Assembly: GCA_965217895.1 (NCBI GenBank)
Contig: CBDCJV010000002.1
Location: 2,752,001-2,816,000 of the forward strand
Direction: 5' to 3'
Source of the DNA: Waterburya sp.
GTDB taxonomy: Bacteria; Cyanobacteriota; Cyanobacteriia; Cyanobacteriales; Xenococcaceae
Length of the DNA stretch: 64,000 nt
The position numbers were made by a program, and so were the translations under genes. The notes below the pieces were generated by a model. The model saw only the letters and a list, made by a program, of their open reading frames with translations. It was not told the DNA's origin and ran no database searches. Position 1 is the stretch's first letter, and every line of letters starts with the position of its first letter. Shown here piece after piece: positions 57,861 through 64,000 of the stretch.

Positions 57861-59303
57861 TTATTGTTGCGCTTCTGCGGGACGACTATCAGGGATAGAT
57901 TCGGCAGGAGTAGTGTCTAATTCTCCGCTTGTTTGCTCTCCTGGTATGGGTAAGCTTAAATTAGGGCCAGTACGAATGATACGACTAGCAAAGTAAAGAG
58001 CAAAAACAAATAAAATGCTGTAGACGATCGCAAAAACACTCAAAGAAGTCAATACATTGCTGGCTGGTATTTGAGAAGCTGCATCCACTGTGCGAATTTC
58101 CCCGTAAACTGTCCAGGGTTGTCTACCCACACAACGCACGATCCAGCCCGATTCAACGGCAATATAGCCTAACGGTGCAGCAAACATCCAAGCTCTGAGC
58201 AACCAACGTTGTTGATCAATGTTTTCAGCAGCTAATTTACCCCGTAACCACTGCAAAACTGTCAGTGCCATCAAGCCCGCCAAGATAAAGCCGATGGCAA
58301 TCATAATCCTAAAAGCATAGTAAATTAAGCCTATTTGATGGGGTCGATCTTCAGGAGCATATTCCTTTAAACCGATAACAGGTTCAGATAGCTGAGGTTT
58401 AATTTCTAGAATATAGCTCAATAGCCCAGGGATAGAAATTTCCCAGTCGTTTTGTTCTGCCTTATCGTTAGGTAAGGCGATCGCACTCCAAGAAGGCGAT
58501 TCTCCTGCGGGAATTGTTTCCCACTGTGCCTCCATTGCAGCCAGTTTTGTAGGCTGATAATGATAAACCTGCTCGCCGCTAAGGTGTCCGATGTAGAGTT
58601 GCAGAGGGGTAACGGCAATGGCGATCGCCAAGACAATTTTAAAAGACAGGCTAAAAAATTCTGAATTACGTTGATTAAGAATGTACCAGGCACTTATCCC
58701 ACCAATGACAAATAAAGAAGTTTCCATAGTGGCAAAAAACATATGGAGAACGCTATTGAGCATGAAAGGGTTGAAAATTGCCTGAAAGTAATCGCTGACT
58801 ACAAAATTGCCATCAATAAACTGTCCACCCGCTGGGGTTTGTAGCCAAGAGTTCGCGCTCAAAATCCAGAAAATAGATAAATTCGCCCCAATAGCAACCA
58901 TAATGGTGGCGAAATAGTGGACAGCAGGAGGAACTCGTTCCCAACCAAACAACATGATGCCCAAAAAGCCAGCCTCCAGGGCAAATGCCATAGAAGCCTC
59001 AAATCCTAAAACACTGCCAAAGAAATCGCCTACAGCTTGGGAAAAAGGAGCCCAGTTAGTACCAAATTCAAATTCCATTGGTAATCCTGATGCTACGCCA
59101 ATGCCAAAATTGAGGACATAAAGTTTTGACCAGAAACGAGCGTGATAGTAATAATTTTTGTTGTTAGTTTTTAGCCATAATCCTTCCACTACAATTAGAT
59201 AAATTGCCATACCCGTAGTCAAAACTGGCCACAACATATGAAAAATTGCGGTGAGAGCAAATTGCAAACGAGACAACACTACCGTATCAGATAAAAATTC
59301 CAT
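57861..59303 (-). CDS. cydA: Cytochrome bd ubiquinol oxidase subunit I
   Basis: LSRLQFA..FH, FEFGTNW, ANSWLQTP, QPTKLAAME, GRQPW. Confidence 0.96.
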   Translation of the reverse strand: MEFLSDTVVLSRLQFALTAIFHMLWPVLTTGMAIYLIVVEGLWLKTNNKNYYYHARFWSKLYVLNFGIGVASGLPMEFEFGTNWAPFSQAVGDFFGSVLGFEASMAFALEAGFLGIMLFGWERVPPAVHYFATIMVAIGANLSIFWILSANSWLQTPAGGQFIDGNFVVSDYFQAIFNPFMLNSVLHMFFATMETSLFVIGGISAWYILNQRNSEFFSLSFKIVLAIAIAVTPLQLYIGHLSGEQVYHYQPTKLAAMEAQWETIPAGESPSWSAIALPNDKAEQNDWEISIPGLLSYILEIKPQLSEPVIGLKEYAPEDRPHQIGLIYYAFRIMIAIGFILAGLMALTVLQWLRGKLAAENIDQQRWLLRAWMFAAPLGYIAVESGWIVRCVGRQPWTVYGEIRTVDAASQIPASNVLTSLSVFAIVYSILFVFALYFASRIIRTGPNLSLPIPGEQTSGELDTTPAESIPDSRPAEAQQ

Positions 59304-59608
59304 CAGTACTTTGTTTTGTATAGATAAGCTAATAAGTTATGACGAAATGATGTCATCGATCTTAATTACGATCGGGATTTTTAAATCCTCTGTTTCAGTG
59401 TAACGAGTCGTGTTGAGCTTTGCTATTTGTGTCTTTTCCCTTTTGTCTCAAAAAGCTTTGTGGCATTAGTTTTCTAGACATACTTCTATAAAAAAACTAT
59501 AGAGAACACCTGGCAGTTGATGTATTTATCCCTTTAATGTTTCTGTCAAACAGAAGAAGTCAGACATTCAGAAAATTTTTGAGCAATTTGCTAAAAATTA
59601 GGTTATTT

Positions 59609-59773
59609 ATACCATTTCTCCTTGAAGTTGCACTTAATTATTTGAGCTTAAAACTCTCGCAAAGACGCAAAGCGGTGCGACCCCGCGTCGACGTAAGGCG
59701 CAAGGGAACGCGCACCAAGACAGACGCTAAGGGGTTAGATTTTATTTAGTGCATTGTCATAGAGAGTTGGTAT
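59609..59773. mobile_element. MITE-like element family F with nested GC-rich short repeat
   Basis: ATACCATTTCTC..TGCACTTAA / TTTAGTGCA..GAGAGTTGGTAT; internal CGCAAAGACGCAAA also present at ~16868. Confidence 0.6.
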
Positions 59774-60492
59774 TAGGAATTTAAAACTTTCTCATCTGAG
59801 TTAGATGAAAATAGCCCCAACATTGGTCCGAGAATTGCTCCTGCTACAAATCCCCCTGCGTGCGCCCAATAAGCTACGCCACCGCTTTCCATACCGACAC
59901 TTGCAGTAACCTCAAAAGAGCTAATGCCGTTTAATGCCTGTTCGACAAACCAAAAGCCGAGAAAGTAGACCGCAGGTATTCTAAATAGCGGAAAAAAGAA
60001 GCCTAAGGGGATGACGGTGACAATTTTTGCTTGGGGAAACTTAAGAATATATGCTCCCATAACTCCAGCGATCGCGCCACTCGCTCCTAAAGATGGTACA
60101 GTAGACATGGCGGAAAAGAACCATTGCGCTAGTACGGCTATAACGCCACAGGACAAGTAAAACAAAACAAATTTGGCTCTTCCCAACTCTTCTTCAATGT
60201 TGTTGCCAAATATCCAGAGAAATAGCATATTAAAGCCAACATGAGTAAATCCCGCATGAAGAAACTGAGAGGTGATAGGAGTAACTATTTCGGGAATGCC
60301 CTGATGCACATCAACTCCATTAAAGCTAGCGGTTAACTCTTTGGGTACAACTGCAAACAAATGGAAGAAAACATCTAACTGATTTGAGTTTAAGCTTAGT
60401 TCATAAATAAAAACCAGAATATTAACTGCAATTAAGATGTAAGTAATATAAGGGACAATTTTGATCGGATTTTCGTCTTTTAAAGGAACCAT
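59773..60492 (-). CDS. Rhomboid family intramembrane serine protease
   Basis: FLHAG..H..FNM, GASG, AHAGG. Confidence 0.93.
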   Translation of the reverse strand: MVPLKDENPIKIVPYITYILIAVNILVFIYELSLNSNQLDVFFHLFAVVPKELTASFNGVDVHQGIPEIVTPITSQFLHAGFTHVGFNMLFLWIFGNNIEEELGRAKFVLFYLSCGVIAVLAQWFFSAMSTVPSLGASGAIAGVMGAYILKFPQAKIVTVIPLGFFFPLFRIPAVYFLGFWFVEQALNGISSFEVTASVGMESGGVAYWAHAGGFVAGAILGPMLGLFSSNSDEKVLNS

Positions 60493-60540
60493 TTTTTAAG
60501 GGATGAGGGATGAGAGATGAAGACAGGAGTTGGTCATAAT

Positions 60541-60637
60541 TAGACCTCTTGCATAAGTCCCATAAATTTCGGTTGAGTTTAGGGAAAAGGGAAAAGGGGT
60601 TAATTTAAATTCCTAATTTATTTTTGCAAGAGGTCTA
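60541..60637. mobile_element. MITE-like element family G
   Basis: Perfect 13-bp TIR TAGACCTCTTGCA / TGCAAGAGGTCTA; internal AGGGAAA heptamers. Confidence 0.8.
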
Positions 60638-60822
60638 TTGAACATTATTCTAGATTTTATAGTAAATGATTAACCGCTATTTTCAGTCAGTCTTTTGATA
60701 TGATTGTCAATCCCTATAATATTTTCTAAGAGCGATCGCAGTTGATCTGCCATAGTTTCTCTATTTGAGCCGATGCGGTGTGATGTTTTTGTCAGCACGA
60801 AAAATGCTTACTTTTATATCGC

Positions 60823-61734
60823 CTAATGTAATAATTGTGTAAACGCTTGAGAAATAAGAGTTTGAAATCGCTGTCGATGTTTTAGCTGAAAAAAGGAACG
60901 AGCAATTTGAGTCGAAGCTCCTAACTCTTCAATTTGAACTGGACGAAGACTGTTTAGCTGCAATTCTTTTTTAATCATTAGTTCAGAAATTGCTGTTACG
61001 CCAACTCCGTTTTCAACAACAGCCTTAACCATTTCACCGCTACTCATTGCTAGAACAACATTCAAGTCGCTAGGGTCAATACCCCATTTTCTTAAAGCCG
61101 GTTCAAATACTGCTCTAGTTCCCGAACCTGGTTCGCGCATTACCCATCTGGTTTGAGTAAATGCTGTTAGAGAAACTTGTGTAGTTGAAAACAAAGGATG
61201 AGATTGACCGACAACAATAAGCAAGCGATCGCTACCAATGGTTTCTATCTTTAGAGCATCAGCCACCAAGGAATTGACTTCTCCTTCGACAAAGCCCAGA
61301 TCGAATTGTCCATCCATTGTTCCCTTACTGATTTCTGCGGTATTCCCCAATGTACAGTAAATTTCAATACCAGGATACTGACGCTTAAATTCGCTAATTT
61401 TATCAGGAAGCCAATAGTTACCGATGGTCAGGCTTGCGCCTAATTTTAGTTCACCTCGGTGTAAGTTATTCAGTTCCCGCAAGCCGCGCTCGGTTAAATT
61501 AACCTGCTCTAAGATTTTTTGCGCCTCAATTTTCAGGAGTCTACCTGCTTCGGTAATCTCAATATGGCGACCAATGCGATCGAATAGCTTCAGCCCGTAG
61601 TGCTTCTCTAAATTCTGGATTGCCGAACTGACAGAAGATTGGGTCATGTAAAGCACTTCAGCAGCATGAGTAAAATGCATCTGTTCTACTACAGCAAGAA
61701 AGATTCGGAGTCGATCGAGTGTTATGCCTGTCAT
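60823..61734 (-). CDS. LysR family regulator (CysL/YeiE-like)
   Basis: HFTHAAEVLYMTQSSVS HTH; GASLTIGNY; REPGSGTR. Confidence 0.93.
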   Translation of the reverse strand: MTGITLDRLRIFLAVVEQMHFTHAAEVLYMTQSSVSSAIQNLEKHYGLKLFDRIGRHIEITEAGRLLKIEAQKILEQVNLTERGLRELNNLHRGELKLGASLTIGNYWLPDKISEFKRQYPGIEIYCTLGNTAEISKGTMDGQFDLGFVEGEVNSLVADALKIETIGSDRLLIVVGQSHPLFSTTQVSLTAFTQTRWVMREPGSGTRAVFEPALRKWGIDPSDLNVVLAMSSGEMVKAVVENGVGVTAISELMIKKELQLNSLRPVQIEELGASTQIARSFFQLKHRQRFQTLISQAFTQLLH

Positions 61735-61762
61735 TGTTTAAACACATTGAGTAAGAATCATT

Positions 61763-61779
61763 AATCGATTTTAACGATT
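61763..61779. promoter_or_regulatory. Putative LysR box (T-N11-A)
   Basis: AATCG-ATTTTAA-CGATT between divergent lysR and yeiH-like genes. Confidence 0.6.
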
Positions 61780-61842
61780 GAATTGACAGAAAAGAACGTT
61801 TGTTTCGATGAGTAAAACTTCTTAAGGTGAAGTTAATCTCTC

Positions 61843-62871
61843 ATGGTGCTACAGATAATGAATACTTCAAGAGCATTTAGACGTAATTTAGCGGTACAGA
61901 AAATACTACAGCGTTCTATAACATTGCAGTTTACACCGCAACAAGCGTTATTTTTGGGTATTGCAAGTACTTCTCTAACAACCTGGATTTCACCACCCCT
62001 AGCTCTGACATTGGGAATGGGGGTTGCATTAACGATTCAAAATCCGTTTCAGCGCACCAGTAGCCAGATGGCTCGACTGCTTTTACAAGTCTGCGTTGTC
62101 CTGCTCGGTTTTGGCATGGATTTAGCGGTTGTGCTACAGGCGGGTCAAAAAGGCGCATTGTTGGCAGCAATTAGCATTGGAATGACATTGTTGCTAGGGC
62201 AGTGGCTCGGCAAAAAGTTGAAGATTCCAGTGAAAACATCGGTATTAATTTCTGTAGGAACGGCGATTTGTGGCGGTTCGGCGATCGCAGCAGTTGCTTC
62301 AGTCATTGGTGCAGCAGAACAAGAAATTTCTATTGCCATCGGCACAATTTTTCTGCTTAATGCCGTTGCCTTATACATTTTTCCAATATTGGGACATCTT
62401 TTACACTTAACGCCAGACCAATTTGGTACTTGGGCAGGCATCGCAATTCACGACATTTCTAGCGTTGTGGGTGCAGCATCGCATTTTGGGGCGACAGCAT
62501 TAAATACGGCAACGGCGGTCAAACTATCTCGTGCGCTTTGGATCGTGCCAATTTCGCTCTTGTATTCATTTTTGTTTCAGCGTCGAGCAACAGAACAACA
62601 TAAAGCTCATACTATTCAAATTCCTTGGTTTATCGGTCTATTTTTACTAGCATCCCTTACGCGATCGCTCGTTCCCAATGTCGCTAACTGGTCGCCTATT
62701 TTAACGCTGTTCTCAGAAGCTGGATTGAAGCTAACCCTATTTTTAATTGGATCGGGGCTATCGATCCAGGCATTGAAAGTTGTGGGCTGGCAAGCGATCG
62801 CCCAAGGAATTGTGCTGTGGATTGTTATGAGTGTCAGTTCACTTGGCTTTATTTTGTGGATGATTCACTGA
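61843..62871 (+). CDS. YeiH-family putative sulfate exporter
   Basis: GTAICGGSAIAA, WAGIAIHD.SSV, VKLSRAL. Confidence 0.9.
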   Translation: MVLQIMNTSRAFRRNLAVQKILQRSITLQFTPQQALFLGIASTSLTTWISPPLALTLGMGVALTIQNPFQRTSSQMARLLLQVCVVLLGFGMDLAVVLQAGQKGALLAAISIGMTLLLGQWLGKKLKIPVKTSVLISVGTAICGGSAIAAVASVIGAAEQEISIAIGTIFLLNAVALYIFPILGHLLHLTPDQFGTWAGIAIHDISSVVGAASHFGATALNTATAVKLSRALWIVPISLLYSFLFQRRATEQHKAHTIQIPWFIGLFLLASLTRSLVPNVANWSPILTLFSEAGLKLTLFLIGSGLSIQALKVVGWQAIAQGIVLWIVMSVSSLGFILWMIH

Positions 62872-62978
62872 ATGAGATATTAGATTGGTTTTTAGCTGTC
62901 AGTTTTTAGTTCTTAGTTTCGAGTTGTCTTTCTCGTCCCCCTAATTCCCTATTCCCTACCCTTTATTCTTTTTGCTTC

Positions 62979-64000
62979 TTAGTTTTGTTTTGCTGTTTGC
63001 AAAAATTCTGGCTCTATCCAGCGATTTAAGTCGATTTTACCTAAATGTTTGGTTGTGGGAATTAATTTGAGTTGAGCGATATGGCTTTCTAGCCAATCTT
63101 GACGGATTTGCCAATCGGTTATGAATAGATTTGAAGTCTCTGTTTGAGTAGAACTGAGAATACTTGCTAGAATTTGCGGCTTAATTTTTGTCCACTGGCT
63201 TACTAGAGAAAAGGCTGAGGGGTTGTTAGCTAGCCAATATTGAGCAGCCATCAAGGCTTTGAGATAACCAACTACTATTTCGGGATATCCTTCGGCAAAA
63301 GAGTGGCGCACTACTACACCATAAAATCCTGGTAAGCTACTGGCATTTTCGTCTTTTAAGTATTTAAAATTGCCGCGCTCGCTCGCTAGTTGGTGAAACG
63401 GTGAAAAATAAGCATATCCTGCCGCTATTTCTGGCTGTAGTGGTGCTTGAATCAGAGAATTTTTCAGAGGAAAAAGCTGTACTTGGGAAAGCAAATTGAG
63501 ATTGGATAAAGTTCTGAGTAACATTCCATGAGCCGAAGAACCAAAAGGTAGTGCCACGGTTTGTCCCTGCAAATCCTCAACAGTTTCCAGTTTTGATGTT
63601 TGAGGAACGATAATCGCACTGCCTTCGCCATTGGGAGCGATGGCAACAAAGCTGACTAGCAGAGTAGGTTCAAATTGCTCATTATCACGTTGAGTCGCAC
63701 TTTCAAGTAGGGGATAGTCTCCTAATATGCCAATATCTAATCTTTTTGAATGTAATCCTTTGACAATTGGCGTTCCCAAAGAAAAATCATGCCAGCGAAG
63801 CTCGTATTTGACTTGACTATATCGTCCAGTGCGGGGTAAAAAATGTTCGAGCAATCCCAAACGCTGCACGATTAATCCTGCTGTAACGGCAGGAATTGTT
63901 ACGTTTTGAATGCCAAGATTAATAGCAATAGTTTCTTGAGAAGATTGTGAGCGATTTACATAGCAACCAGGCGATCGCATTTTGGGAAACGGCAAGGAAG
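62979..64000 (-). CDS. SsuA/NMT1-like substrate-binding domain protein, 5' end beyond the window
   Basis: LDIGILGDYP, DLQGQTVALPFGSSAHGML; frame open to the window edge. Confidence 0.8.
   Translation of the reverse strand, partial: SLPFPKMRSPGCYVNRSQSSQETIAINLGIQNVTIPAVTAGLIVQRLGLLEHFLPRTGRYSQVKYELRWHDFSLGTPIVKGLHSKRLDIGILGDYPLLESATQRDNEQFEPTLLVSFVAIAPNGEGSAIIVPQTSKLETVEDLQGQTVALPFGSSAHGMLLRTLSNLNLLSQVQLFPLKNSLIQAPLQPEIAAGYAYFSPFHQLASERGNFKYLKDENASSLPGFYGVVVRHSFAEGYPEIVVGYLKALMAAQYWLANNPSAFSLVSQWTKIKPQILASILSSTQTETSNLFITDWQIRQDWLESHIAQLKLIPTTKHLGKIDLNRWIEPEFLQTAKQN

Noticed and set aside
59537..59749. 70-aa ORF
   Set aside because: Lies largely within a MITE and GC-rich repeat; probably spurious.
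57819..64000. tRNA-anchored genomic island or prophage
   Set aside because: No integrase and no duplicated tRNA 3' end found in the window.

Overview
AT-rich cyanobacterial chromosome segment. Evidence: abundant HIP1 octamer GCGATCGC, ndhF1, a thiO-thiG fusion, CRY-DASH and heptamer STRR repeats; a Pleurocapsales-like origin is only an inference. It holds about 50 protein genes, two tRNAs (fMet-CAT, Asn-GTT), at least 7 MITE-like families, REP-like palindromes and four gene relics. No CRISPR array, rRNA or intact transposase was seen. The main finding is an apparently complete glycine-betaine/N-methylglycine demethylation cluster at 14.4-22.5 kb (BCCT importer, Rieske oxygenase without a partner reductase, Arthrobacter-type dimethylglycine oxidase, monomeric sarcosine oxidase), flanked by glycine transport and metabolism genes. 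Other notable features: a divergent second PII protein (R9H, R38H, Q39K, S49T) behind CRY-DASH; a triple-nested, frame-preserving 120-nt mini-element inside a HIP1 site of a VOC-GST fusion gene; a diverged duplicate of the DMG-oxidase 3' end bracketing an LRR pseudogene; cydA without an adjacent cydB; and repeats whose ends coincide with host stop codons. All calls come from reading sequence and translations; no database searches were run.
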